Positions 9,578 to 19,700 of a DNA stretch of 64,000 nucleotides are shown here, piece after piece. Positions within the stretch are counted from its first letter, which is position 1. Each line of letters starts with the position of its first letter. The stretch covers positions 74,140 to 138,139 of the forward strand of contig CAWHUF010000012.1 of NCBI GenBank assembly GCA_963832495.1, read 5' to 3'. A program made the position numbers and the translations under genes. Under the pieces are notes generated by a model, which did no database searches, was not told the origin of the DNA, and worked only from the letters and a program-made list of their open reading frames with translations. Origin of the DNA: an uncultured Acidobacteriota bacterium (GTDB taxonomy: Bacteria > Acidobacteriota > Thermoanaerobaculia > Multivoradales > UBA5704).

Positions 9578-11316
9578 AGGCCCTCACCCTCGAGCGCCTG
9601 CCGGAGCTGAAGCGCCCGGACGATTCCCGGGTCTTCGCGAAGGCGGCGCTCGATTTCTTCCAGGGCCGCGGCGCGCAAGAGCGGGTCGGCTTCCGCCCGG
9701 GCCACGGTGGCCCGCCAGTCCTCGGGGTGGACGAAGCGGTACTCCTCCCTCTCCAGCAGAGCCTCCCTTTCACGCGTGCGGCGCAGGAAGATCATGGCCA
9801 CGTCATCCCAGTAGACCAGGGCGAAACGCTCGCGGGGAAAGAACAGCGCGTTCGTGGTGTGGTGCTCGATCTGTGGAGGTCCACCCGGTACGGCCGGCGG
9901 CGTGAGCACGGGCCGGGGCCGGTCGTCATAACGGACCAGCGCGCCGTCGATCCCATAGCGGGCCAGCAGTGCCGTCCAGCCCTCCTCGCTGGCGCGGGCC
10001 GCGGCCAGCTCGTGGAACAGCCCCGGGTTCACCTCGTTGCGGGCGTCGATGAAGACCTGGCGCGGCGGATACAGGCGCCAGAGCAGATAGCCGCCGAACG
10101 CCACGTCGTTGTAGAGGTTCCCCACCGGTTGTCCCTCTCTTTGGCGCTTCGCCAGATCGTCCACCGCCTTTTCCGGGAAACGGCCGGGCTCGATGCCGAA
10201 GCCGGGCCGGAACGCGCCCTGGCGGGGACGCAGCGGTCCCCGCGACGGCGGCAATACGCACCAGAACGCGGCCAGCAGGCAGGCCAGGGGCACGAGGAGC
10301 CTCCCCCGAGGCCGGCTTTCCGCCTTGGGATTGCGGACGCGGGCCAGGTCCGCCAAGGCTTCGCCCGCGAAGAACGCCGCGCCCACGAAGAACAGCCCCT
10401 GGTGCCGCAACCCCGTCGAGGCGAGGATCGCCAGGAGGGCCGCCACCAGCCCCGTGGCGGGATCGAGCCGACGTGTCCGGACCGCCGCGAGGACGGCGAG
10501 CCCGAGGAGCGCCGCCACCCCGCAGAAGAAGAAGAGGAAAGGCGCGGGCTCCTGCCACACCGGCAGCCACTCCGGGTTCGTCCCCGGCAGGCCGCGCAGG
10601 GCCTCGGCAATGCCGAAGGGGACCGTGAAGACTCTCGCTCCATAGGGATTCGCCAGCAGTGCCAGGAACGTGAGCACCGGCAGCCCCAGGACCCATCCCA
10701 GTGGCACGGGACGTCTCCCGCCGGGCAGCCGCGTCCCCACCAGGTACGCCGCCGTCACGGCCGGCGCCAGCAGGGCTCCGGGATGGAAATTCACCCACAG
10801 CACCACGAGCGCCGGCAGGATCAGGGCCGGAGCCCGGCTCCCCGTCCGCCGGAACGACTGGAGCAGGGCGATCGAAACCGGCAGCAGGAACAGGCTCGCC
10901 AGCTCCGGCCGCAGGAAGAACCGTCCCCGCGCCCCGATCACCGCCACCAGCACGACCAGGGCCGCCCCGGAGGCTGGCGCACCCGCCCGGCGCAGGGACG
11001 TGAACAGCAGCGCGGCCAGGGCCCCCACCAGGGCCGCCAGCCCCACCACCAGGGACGGCAGCCCCCAGAGCCGCTCCAGCCCGGCGATGACCACCTGGAA
11101 GAGCCACTCGTGGTCCACCCAGGGCACGCCGTGCGAGGTGAACCGGAACGGATCGGTCCGCGGCAGCGCCCCATGCTCCAGGATCCACCGCCCGCTCGCC
11201 AGATGCCAGAAAAGGTCGTACGCCTTCAGCCGCACCGTGCCCGCCACCGCCGCGAAGAGCAGCAGGCAGACGGCGGACAGGAGGGCGCGGTCCTCCTTGG
11301 AGGATGGGGTTCCCAT
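9574..11316 (-). CDS. Polytopic membrane protein, putative GT-C-fold glycosyltransferase-like; function uncertain
   Basis: 580-aa ORF with about 12 hydrophobic segments. The N-terminal motif is YDLFWHLASGRWILEHGALPRTDPFRFTSHGVPWVDHEWLFQ, and there is a soluble C-terminal domain. The family assignment is a guess from architecture. Confidence 0.6.
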   Translation of the reverse strand: MGTPSSKEDRALLSAVCLLLFAAVAGTVRLKAYDLFWHLASGRWILEHGALPRTDPFRFTSHGVPWVDHEWLFQVVIAGLERLWGLPSLVVGLAALVGALAALLFTSLRRAGAPASGAALVVLVAVIGARGRFFLRPELASLFLLPVSIALLQSFRRTGSRAPALILPALVVLWVNFHPGALLAPAVTAAYLVGTRLPGGRRPVPLGWVLGLPVLTFLALLANPYGARVFTVPFGIAEALRGLPGTNPEWLPVWQEPAPFLFFFCGVAALLGLAVLAAVRTRRLDPATGLVAALLAILASTGLRHQGLFFVGAAFFAGEALADLARVRNPKAESRPRGRLLVPLACLLAAFWCVLPPSRGPLRPRQGAFRPGFGIEPGRFPEKAVDDLAKRQREGQPVGNLYNDVAFGGYLLWRLYPPRQVFIDARNEVNPGLFHELAAARASEEGWTALLARYGIDGALVRYDDRPRPVLTPPAVPGGPPQIEHHTTNALFFPRERFALVYWDDVAMIFLRRTREREALLEREEYRFVHPEDWRATVARAEADPLLRAAALEEIERRLREDPGIVRALQLRQALEGEGL

Positions 11317-11353
11317 GATGGCCGCGGAGAGTGTACTTGATGTACCAACCGGC

Positions 11354-11382
11354 CCGGCCCGGGCAGGAAACGCCCGGGCCGG
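11354..11382 (-). terminator. Candidate stem-loop terminator after the 1735-aa protease gene
   Basis: CCGGCCCGGGC-aggaaac-GCCCGGGCCGG is an 11-bp perfect GC stem located 40 nt past the stop at 11423. There is no clear U-tract. Confidence 0.4.
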
Positions 11383-11422
11383 AGCTCGCGGAGGACTTGG
11401 CCCCGGAGGGTGCGGGGGCCGG

Positions 11423-14400
11423 TCAGAACAGGGGCAGACCGAAGGTCGTGATCAGGAACTTCGCCATCTGGGCACGGGTGACCGGGGACAACGGACAGTA
11501 GTTCCCACCGCCACAGCCCGAGGTGAGACCGCGCGCCGCCAGCTCCCGAATCCAGGGACAGTAGGAGCTGGAGACCGGCACGTCGCTGAACGGCGGCGTC
11601 GTGCAAGGGGGCGGCGTGTAACTCGATCCCTGGACGGTGGTCAGCAGGAAGAAGGCCGCCTGCTGGCGCGTCACCGGCGAATCCGGGCAGAAGCTCCCGT
11701 TGCCGCAGCCGTTGGTAATGCCCCGCAGCTTCAGTTCCTGGACCCAGGGACAATAGGTGCTTGTGACCGGCACGTCGTTGAACGGCGGCGTCGTGCAGGG
11801 GGGTGGCGCATAGCTGTTCCCCTCCTTCGCCCGCAGCAGGAAATAGGCCATCTGGTTGCGGGTCACGTCCGTTTCGGGGCAGTACACCCTGGGATTCACA
11901 CCACAGCCCTGGGTGACGCCGTTGCGGTAGAGCGCCTCGACCCACGGCCGGGCCCAGTGCTTCGGGGGAACGTCCGCGAAAATCGTGGCGCAGAAGTCCA
12001 GGGCGGCGGCCATCACCTGGCGGCGGGTCTCCGGAGTCGGGATCGCTTCAAAGGGGAAGCCGAGGAAAACGGTCCGGTAGCTCGGCCCGATCTTGCTGAC
12101 CGCGGCATCGCCTCCGTCACCCAGGAAAGCCAGCTCGGCCCCGGCTGCCGGCGAGATCCGGTCGCTGAAGTTCGAGCCCGGATAGGACAGGACATAGGGT
12201 CCCAGGCCGGTAAACGCCGAACCCTGCCCCGACACCGTGTCATGCCCCACATCGTCGGCGAAGTTGCCGCCGTTCAGGCCGAGGAATCCGGTCATGAACG
12301 GCGTGGCCCCTCCCCGGTCGAAGAGATAATCCTGACTGCTCAGGATCATGCACCGCCCGCTGCCTCCGCCGAGGAAAGCACCGAGTGCCGCTTCCCCCGC
12401 TGAGCCCGGCCCTGCCGCACCGCCGAACTCGTCACCGGTGAACCAGATGACCGTCTTATAACTCTGAAGCGCTGAGGCTCCGGGCTCGCTATCGCTGTTT
12501 CCTGTGTACCAGACGTCGTACCCCTTCCCCAGCGCGGCAAGGGCGTCGCGGTAGAACGACTCGACGTTGGGGTTGTCATCGTCGTCATCGACCAGAAGGA
12601 TGGTTGACGACGTGGTCGGCGTCTGGACGTAGCTCACGGCGACCGTATGATTCCCCGACGGCATCGTCACCGTATTGCTCGTCGAGGTGCTGCCATTGTT
12701 GTTCGTCCCGCTCCAGTTCTCCACGATCCAACCCGACGACGGGCTTGCCGTCACCTGGATGGACGCTCCGGCCGTGTACCGGCCCGAGGAACAACCCGAG
12801 GAGCTCGACGGCGTGGCCGACGGGTCGCTCCCTGAGCCCGTGTGCGTCCGAGACAGCGTGTAGCACGTCGGCGCGGCCTGCACGTAATTGACGCTCACCG
12901 TGTGGTTGCCCGCCGGCATCGTCACGCTGTTCGAGGTCGAGGTGCTGCCGTTGTTGTTCGTCCCACTCCAACTCCCCACGTTCCAACCCGAGGACGGGCT
13001 CGCCGCCATCTGAATGGAAGCCCCGGCCGTGTACTGGCCCGCGGAACAACCCGAGGAGCTCGACGGCGTGGCCGACGGATCGCTCCCCGAGCCCGTGTGC
13101 GTCCGAGACAGCGTGTAGCAGGTCGGAGAGGCCTGCACGTAATTGACGCTCACCGTGTGGTTGCCCGCCGGCATCGTCACGCTGTTCGAGGTCGAGGTGC
13201 TGCCGTTGTTCGTTGTGCCGCCCCAACTCCCCACGCTCCAACCCGAGGACGGACTCGCCGTCACCTGAATGGAAGCCCCGGCCGTGTACCGGCCCGAGGA
13301 GCAACCAGAGGAGCTCGACGGCGTGGCCGACGGATCGCTCCCCGAGCCCGTGTGCGTCCGCGACAGCGTGTAGCAAGTCGGCGCGGCCTGCACGTAGTTG
13401 ACGCTCACCGTGTGGCTGCCCGCGGGCATCGTCACGCTGTTCGAGGTCGAGGTGCTGCCATTGCTGTTCGTACCACTCCAGCTGCCCACGCTCCAACCCG
13501 AGGACGGGCTCGCCGTCACCTGAATAGACGCTCCGGCCGTGTACTGGCCCGAGGGGCAGCCGGAGGAGCTCGACGGCGTGGCCGACGGGTCGCTCCCCGA
13601 GCCCGTGTGCGTCCGCGACAGCGTGTAGCAAGTCGGCGCGGCCTGCACGTAATTGACGCTCACCGTGTGATTGCCCGCGGGCATCGTCACGCTGTTCGAA
13701 GTCGAGGTGCTGCCATTGCTGTTCGTACCACTCCAGCTGCCGATGTTCCAGCCCGAGGACGGGCTCGCCGTTAGCTGAATCTGGGCGCCACCCACGTACC
13801 GGCCGGAGGGACAGCCCGGGGAGCTCGAGGGGGCGGCCGAAGGATCACTGCCGGAACCCGTGTGCGCGCGGCTCAAGGTATAGCAGAATGCAAAGTTGGC
13901 GGTGACCGACCGATTGGCAGACATCGTGATATTCGTAGAATTGGCCGATCCGCTAGCCGCCCCCGACCAGAAGGAGAATGCATATCCCGTCGCCGGGTTT
14001 CCCGTCAGATTCACTGTAGTGCCCGGCGCATACTCCCCGCCAACACAGTTGGAGCTAGGACTTGTGCTGACCGATCCAGTCCCTCCCGGTGAGACGGAAG
14101 TCGTCAAACTGTGGCCCGGAGAGTTATGAGCCACCTGAAAGTGATCGATGATCGAGCCCACCTGGCACGAGAACCCGTTTGAGCTTGCATACCAGTCATC
14201 ACGAAATTCGTTGATATGGTTGGGGTCTTGTCCATTGACAATCTTCCAGATGCCATTCGAGGCCGAGCCGTTGATACTATTAGCCAGGGTGTCCCAAGAT
14301 TCGGAGCTACCGGAGTCGAAGATGTCCCAGAGCGAAGCGTTGATGCTGCCTTCGTCCTCGGGATGATGTACGCTGGAGGGCGGCGATTCCATCGAGTAGG

Positions 14401-16630
14401 TGATATTCTGGTTGACCGAATCTATGTAAGTGGGAGAGTTCTGGATAGCCCCTCCCAAGAAAGTAGCCCACCCCTCTACCCAGGCGCATCCCAGGCTGGT
14501 GTGCATTCCCCATATATGAGGATTGCAGCTCGGCGCCGAAGGGAAGGTGGAGTAGGTCTTGAACATGACAAAGTGACCGTACTCATGGAGGAGCACGTCT
14601 TCATCCCATCCGTCGCCTCCATTGAGCTCGATGTAGGAGCCGTAGAACGCCGCACCCGCCGTCGACGTCGGGCTCCACCTCACTTCAATGTTGAAGTTGT
14701 TGTCCCAACCTACAGTATTTTTAAGATAACTCCAAGCATCATTTGCCACCTTGTCGTAGAGGTACCACGCAGCGCGATTCGTACTGTGTGTCAAGCTATA
14801 ACTGCCGATGCTGAACGAGCCATCCTGAACGTCGTTGGTCACCGCCGTATCCCCGGAGTACAGATTACCGCCACTTCGAACGCTGACTGAATAGTCATCC
14901 GTTGAGAGCACCCGCGCGAAGACATCAACGCCATTCGAGACATCGCTGTTCGTAAAAGTGGCCTGATAAAAACCGGAAGCGTTGGTATGCGTCGTGGCCA
15001 ACAAGTCGTCCCCCACCAGATCATCATCCCAGATCTCGACCTTGGCATACGGGAGGATGCGATCCACTCCGTTGCGGTCACGGTAGTACCAGTAGCCGCT
15101 CACGGTGAGACTTCCTCCGACCGACTCTTCGTATACCCTCAGTTCTACGTCGTCAACAAAGGAATTGCCGTTCCCGGAGTTCTCTTCGGAAACGAAAGCG
15201 ATCCAGACTTCGGAAGCACCGGTCACGTTTCCAAGCGTCGGCACATTGGCCAGATCAAAGTTGACGAAGCGCCAACCCTGCGAATCGCCTCCGGCGCGTG
15301 TGCCATAAAATTGCGAGCCGTCAACCGAAACGAACCAGCCGAGCCCGCGTTGATCTGGCCCTGAGCGGTTCCAATAATGGAACAGGAGCTCCGCCTGCCT
15401 GGCATTACTCAGGTCGAAAGGACCAAAGACCATCCAACTGGCGCGTCCTCCCGCTGAGGCACTCCGGTTTCCGGTGTGAGACTTCTCTACTCCGGCCTTC
15501 CACCCGTTCCGGAGCAGGGAATTGTCACCAAGCGCCTTCCAGGTGCCATCGTTGCTTTCGAATCCTTCGCTGAGCAATGTAACCCAACTCGACTCGGCAA
15601 CGGGCTTGCGCTCCGCACTGGGGACAAGGGTCTTGGCCAGGGGAGACTCAGGCCGAAGGATCACAGCTTCGCGAGTCTCACTATCCGGCTGGGGATCACT
15701 CGGCCGGGCTCCCGGCGCGATCACCGTACCCACCTTGACCTGCTGGGAGGCACCCGGAGGCTGCTTGCGATCGGGTATACGCTCGCTGGTTGAATGGGAA
15801 GTGGCGGCGAGCTCCGCCGCCGAGAAGCGGCTGACGGCAGGCTGGAATCCCTTTCCCGAGCGCAGATAGAAGGTGAGATTCCTTCCCCAGGTAGAACCCG
15901 GGGCCGGTTCAGCCACAACAGAGATCTCGATCGGCCACTCGCCTGGCGTATCGAGCCGAACTTCTGCAGACAGTTCGAGGCTTTCTCCCGCCAACAGGTC
16001 CGCAGTGATGCTGCTCTGACCACTGACGAGAGAGATTCCCGGGGGCAGTTTGAATCGAAGGGTCGTCCTCGGGGAGGAGGCAAGAGCTGTCGCCGACACC
16101 CAAAGTGGCAGAACTGTACCAAGCGTCGGTTCCCCGGAAAGGGTAGCGGCAATGCTCAGCGGCGACTCAGGCGCCCCCGAAGCCGGAACCCGAAGATCAG
16201 CGGACAAGGAACGATTTACTTCGACGAGACGCCCTTGGGGTGTCCGGCCACGAGCCCGGACCGTCAGTTTGCCGACATCAGTCCCTTGTAATTCCATGGC
16301 AATCTCGCGCTGGACCCGCTGGCCTGCCGCGAGGTTGCCCCGCCAGATGGACTTCCTCGAAAGCGTCCCTACGCCCTCGGCGGAGATGATATCCACCCTG
16401 ACATTGCGCAAGGGGTTCGTGCCCACTACTTGGACCGTTACGGGGAGGGCTTGGCCTGGTCTGAAAACGCCCGACGCACGCAACGTCAGATCTAGCGGCC
16501 CCTTCTCTCCTGCGTAAACCTCGGGGGGAGAAAGAATGGCTGCAAGAAGGACAGCCAAACCTACGCTAGCCACCAAAACAAGCCATGAGAGGGAAAACCT
16601 TCTCTGGTACGGACGATTCCCAAGTCGCAT
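11423..16630 (-). CDS. Giant secreted HExxH metalloprotease-like protein with 5-6 InlB-B-repeat-like units, the shared about 250-aa domain and three C-terminal SLH repeats
   Basis: 1735-aa ORF. The signal/anchor is MRLGNRPYQRRFSLSWLVLVASVGLAVLLAAIL, and the zinc motif is DEDVLLHEYGHFVMF. Five tandem 85-aa units read CYTLSRTHTGSGSDPSATPSSSSGC...VTMPAGNHTVSVNYVQAAPT. The C-terminal about 400 aa is collinear with the S8 protease: YRTVFLGFPFEAIPTPETRRQVMAAALDF...FADVPPKHWARPWVEALYRNGVTQGCG, followed by two more SLH repeats. Confidence 0.85.
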   Translation of the reverse strand: MRLGNRPYQRRFSLSWLVLVASVGLAVLLAAILSPPEVYAGEKGPLDLTLRASGVFRPGQALPVTVQVVGTNPLRNVRVDIISAEGVGTLSRKSIWRGNLAAGQRVQREIAMELQGTDVGKLTVRARGRTPQGRLVEVNRSLSADLRVPASGAPESPLSIAATLSGEPTLGTVLPLWVSATALASSPRTTLRFKLPPGISLVSGQSSITADLLAGESLELSAEVRLDTPGEWPIEISVVAEPAPGSTWGRNLTFYLRSGKGFQPAVSRFSAAELAATSHSTSERIPDRKQPPGASQQVKVGTVIAPGARPSDPQPDSETREAVILRPESPLAKTLVPSAERKPVAESSWVTLLSEGFESNDGTWKALGDNSLLRNGWKAGVEKSHTGNRSASAGGRASWMVFGPFDLSNARQAELLFHYWNRSGPDQRGLGWFVSVDGSQFYGTRAGGDSQGWRFVNFDLANVPTLGNVTGASEVWIAFVSEENSGNGNSFVDDVELRVYEESVGGSLTVSGYWYYRDRNGVDRILPYAKVEIWDDDLVGDDLLATTHTNASGFYQATFTNSDVSNGVDVFARVLSTDDYSVSVRSGGNLYSGDTAVTNDVQDGSFSIGSYSLTHSTNRAAWYLYDKVANDAWSYLKNTVGWDNNFNIEVRWSPTSTAGAAFYGSYIELNGGDGWDEDVLLHEYGHFVMFKTYSTFPSAPSCNPHIWGMHTSLGCAWVEGWATFLGGAIQNSPTYIDSVNQNITYSMESPPSSVHHPEDEGSINASLWDIFDSGSSESWDTLANSINGSASNGIWKIVNGQDPNHINEFRDDWYASSNGFSCQVGSIIDHFQVAHNSPGHSLTTSVSPGGTGSVSTSPSSNCVGGEYAPGTTVNLTGNPATGYAFSFWSGAASGSANSTNITMSANRSVTANFAFCYTLSRAHTGSGSDPSAAPSSSPGCPSGRYVGGAQIQLTASPSSGWNIGSWSGTNSNGSTSTSNSVTMPAGNHTVSVNYVQAAPTCYTLSRTHTGSGSDPSATPSSSSGCPSGQYTAGASIQVTASPSSGWSVGSWSGTNSNGSTSTSNSVTMPAGSHTVSVNYVQAAPTCYTLSRTHTGSGSDPSATPSSSSGCSSGRYTAGASIQVTASPSSGWSVGSWGGTTNNGSTSTSNSVTMPAGNHTVSVNYVQASPTCYTLSRTHTGSGSDPSATPSSSSGCSAGQYTAGASIQMAASPSSGWNVGSWSGTNNNGSTSTSNSVTMPAGNHTVSVNYVQAAPTCYTLSRTHTGSGSDPSATPSSSSGCSSGRYTAGASIQVTASPSSGWIVENWSGTNNNGSTSTSNTVTMPSGNHTVAVSYVQTPTTSSTILLVDDDDDNPNVESFYRDALAALGKGYDVWYTGNSDSEPGASALQSYKTVIWFTGDEFGGAAGPGSAGEAALGAFLGGGSGRCMILSSQDYLFDRGGATPFMTGFLGLNGGNFADDVGHDTVSGQGSAFTGLGPYVLSYPGSNFSDRISPAAGAELAFLGDGGDAAVSKIGPSYRTVFLGFPFEAIPTPETRRQVMAAALDFCATIFADVPPKHWARPWVEALYRNGVTQGCGVNPRVYCPETDVTRNQMAYFLLRAKEGNSYAPPPCTTPPFNDVPVTSTYCPWVQELKLRGITNGCGNGSFCPDSPVTRQQAAFFLLTTVQGSSYTPPPCTTPPFSDVPVSSSYCPWIRELAARGLTSGCGGGNYCPLSPVTRAQMAKFLITTFGLPLF
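12620..13890. repeat. Five tandem, near-identical 255-bp (85-codon) intragenic repeats
   Basis: The marker string CAGCGTGTAGCA recurs at about 12854, 13109, 13364 and 13619, an exact 255-nt spacing. A diverged copy lies near 13875. The protein units differ at only a few residues. Confidence 0.9.
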
Positions 16631-16781
16631 CTTTGCGCCTCCTCTCGTCCACGCTCCTAGAGCCCCTTTGGGATCGAAGTGCGGATCGCTGATCTCTTGT
16701 AGACCCCGAGATTAGCATGTCTGTTTAATTTTCATTAATCGCTATAAGCGACAGATGAGACCGGTCCAATCGACCGTGTCT

Positions 16782-19700
16782 TCATTTCATCTGTCTCTCA
16801 ATGGAGAGTGGCCAGCGGGCAGGAACCATTTCATCGGGCGGCTTGGCCAGATCTCTTCCCCTTGCCTCCCTCTCCCATGCTATCGTCTCCCCTGTGCCGC
16901 ACCGCGGCGCAGGAGGCATCCCATGACCACCGCGACCCATCATTCCCCAAAGACGCCCCAGATCCTCACCCCTTCGGCCCCCTCCAGCTCCCGCGCGGAG
17001 ATGGACGCCGCGGTCGCCGTGCTCCAGGAGAACAAGGGCGCCTGGACAGCCGTCTCTCCCAAGGAGCGGATCGCTCTCCTCGGCGATCTCTCGAAGCGCT
17101 TCCTGGCCGTGGCCGAGCGCTGGGCGGCTCTCGGCATCGAGCATGAGGGGCTCGACCCCGAGCATCCCGGGTCCGGCGAGGAAGCCCTGGTGGGGCCGTA
17201 CTTCATCCTGCGCAACCTGCGGCTGCTGCGCGAGTCGCTGCTCGACATCGACACCCACGGCCGCCCGCGCATCCCCGGCGGCGTGCGCACCCGGCCCGAC
17301 GGACAGCTGGTGGCCCGGGTCTTCCCCATCGACCTCTACGACCGCGTCTTCTACTCCGGCCTCACCGCCGATGTCTGGATGGAGCCGGGCGTCACCGCCG
17401 AGAGCCTCCCCGAGACGCAGGCCGTGACCTATCACGCGCCCGTGCGCCAGGGCCGGGTCGCCCTCGTCCTCGGCGCCGGCAACGTCTCCTCCATCGGCCC
17501 CATGGACGCCTTCTACAAGCTGTTCGTGGAAGACCAGGTGGTGATCTTCAAGACCCATCCCGTCAACGTCTACCTGGGTCCGCTCATGGAAGAGGCGTTC
17601 CAGCCCTTGATCCAGCGCGGCTTCTTCCGGCTGGTCTACGGCGGCGCCGAAGAAGGGGCCTACCTCTGCCGCCACTCCGGCGTGGACGAGATCCACATCA
17701 CCGGCTCCGACCGCACCTACGACGCCATCGTCTTCGGCACCGGCGAAGAGGGCAGGCGGCGCAAGGAGGCCAACGAGCCCCTGATCTCGAAGCGCTTCAC
17801 GGCCGAGCTCGGCAACGTTAGCCCCGTCATCGTGGTGCCCGGCCCCTGGGACGCCGCCGACATCGCCTACCACGCCGACAACCTGGGCTCCATGGTCACC
17901 AACAACGCCGGCTTCAACTGCAACGCCGGCCGGATGATTGTCCAGCACGCCTCCTGGGACCGTCGGCAGTCCCTGCTCGCCGCCGTGCGCGACCACCTGG
18001 GGCAGGTGCCCGTCCGGCGCGCCTACTACCCCGGCGCCGCCGACCGCTTCGACACCTTCCAGGCCGCCCACAAGGACACCGCCGAGACCTTCGGCAACCG
18101 CTCTGGCGACCGCCTCCCCTGGATGCTCATCCCCGGCCTCGATCCCACGAAACGGGACGACATCGCCTTCACCACCGAGGCTTTCTGCGGCGTCTTCGGC
18201 GAAGTGGGCCTCGACGCGGGCACCGTCCCCGAGTTCATCGACAAGGCCGTGGCCTTCTGCAACGGCACCCTCTGGGGCACCCTCAACGTCACGCTGATCG
18301 TCCACCCCCGGTCCCTGGACGATCCGGACACCGCCCGCGCCGTCGAGCGGGCCATCGCCAACCTCCACTACGGCACCGTGTCCATGAACCACTGGGCGGC
18401 CGTGGGCTACGGTCTGGTGGTCACCCCCTGGGGCGCCTTCCCGGGCCACACGCCGGAGGACATCCGGTCCGGCACGGGCGTGGTGCACAACACGCTGATG
18501 TTCTCGCGGCCCCAGAAGACCGTCGTGCGTGCCCCCTTCCGCGTCTGGCCCAAGCCCGTCTGGTTCGCCACCCACAAGACGGCCCACAAGCTGACGCCGA
18601 AGCTCTCCGACTTCGAGGCCGCGCCGTCGATGAGCAAGCTGGCGAGGATCCTGCCGCTGGCGATGCGGGGGTAGGGGGCGGCAGGAAAGCCAAAAGGACA
18701 CCAGGGACACCAAGGACGACAAGGACAAGAAAAAGGCCGATAGGGACAGCTTTCCTGTCCTTGATGTCCTTGTGGTCCTTGGTGTCCCTGGTGTCCTTTG
18801 CTGCGGGTTTTCTGGCGCTAGCGCCGTATGAACGCCACATACCCGTCCCGCAGGTCCCGCGCCGCCCCGGGCCGGGACAACTTCGAAGCGCTCGCGGTCG
18901 GCCATGATCCACGCATGCTCGGGACAGGTCACGGGCGCCATCACCACCACCGCGTCCACGCCCAGGACATCGAGCCGTGCCAGCCACGCGGCACGGTCCG
19001 CGAAGGCCTCGGCCTTCTCTTCCCGGTAATCAATCACCGAGCCGTCCCGCGTCACCGGCACATAGATCAGCCGGTTCTGCAGCGACGATCCCATGAGGGG
19101 ATAGCGCATCCAGTTGTGCCCGTTCCGGACGAAGCCCGCCGTCGTGGCCACCGTGCGAGACCGCCCGTCGTCGAGCCGGCGCCACAGCGCATGCGCCGCG
19201 CCCAGCCCCGGGAGCCCGTGCACGTCGTAGGTCTCGAGACGCAGCGCGGCCTCCCAGGTCTCGTGCCGCGCCCGCGCACGGAGCTCCTGCAGGCCCGCCC
19301 CGAGCACGATCACCCCCACGGCCGCCGCCAGCCAGTGAAGGCCGGGGATCTTCCGGATCAGGACCGCCAAGCCCGCCGCCAGCGCCACGGCCACCGCGCC
19401 GGCCAGCGCCTGCCACCACCCGATCGGACCGAATCCCCACGGCAGCGCCATCGCCAGCGACCCGGCGATGCTCAGGGCCAGGAGCGCGCGCCCGGCCCGG
19501 CCGGGCACCACGGACGCGAGCAGCACCACGGCCACCAGCGCGGGTCCCAGATGCCGGCCGCTCGCCCACCACCACAGATGTCGCAGAGCCGCGGCTCCCG
19601 GTGCCATCAGGAGGGCCACATTGATCGCCACGGTGCCGAGCAGGAAGAGCAGGCCCGCCCAGGCCCGCCGCCGCGCCAGCACCAGGGCTCCCGCGGTAGC

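Noticed and set aside
9430-12403. ORFs 9430..11340(+, 636 aa), 9926..11188(-), 10670..12403(+, 577 aa) and 11226..11945(-)
   Set aside because: They are alternative frames of the 9574..11316 membrane protein and of the 11423..16630 gene, with no motifs and extreme Arg/Pro/Gly content.
5789-16630. Taking the SLH domains as evidence of a Gram-positive (Firmicutes) origin
   Set aside because: SLH domains also occur in diderm lineages. The rest of the window (OMP beta-barrel, ExbD, ADOP permeases, RND/MMPL, high GC) indicates a diderm, Acidobacteria-like host.
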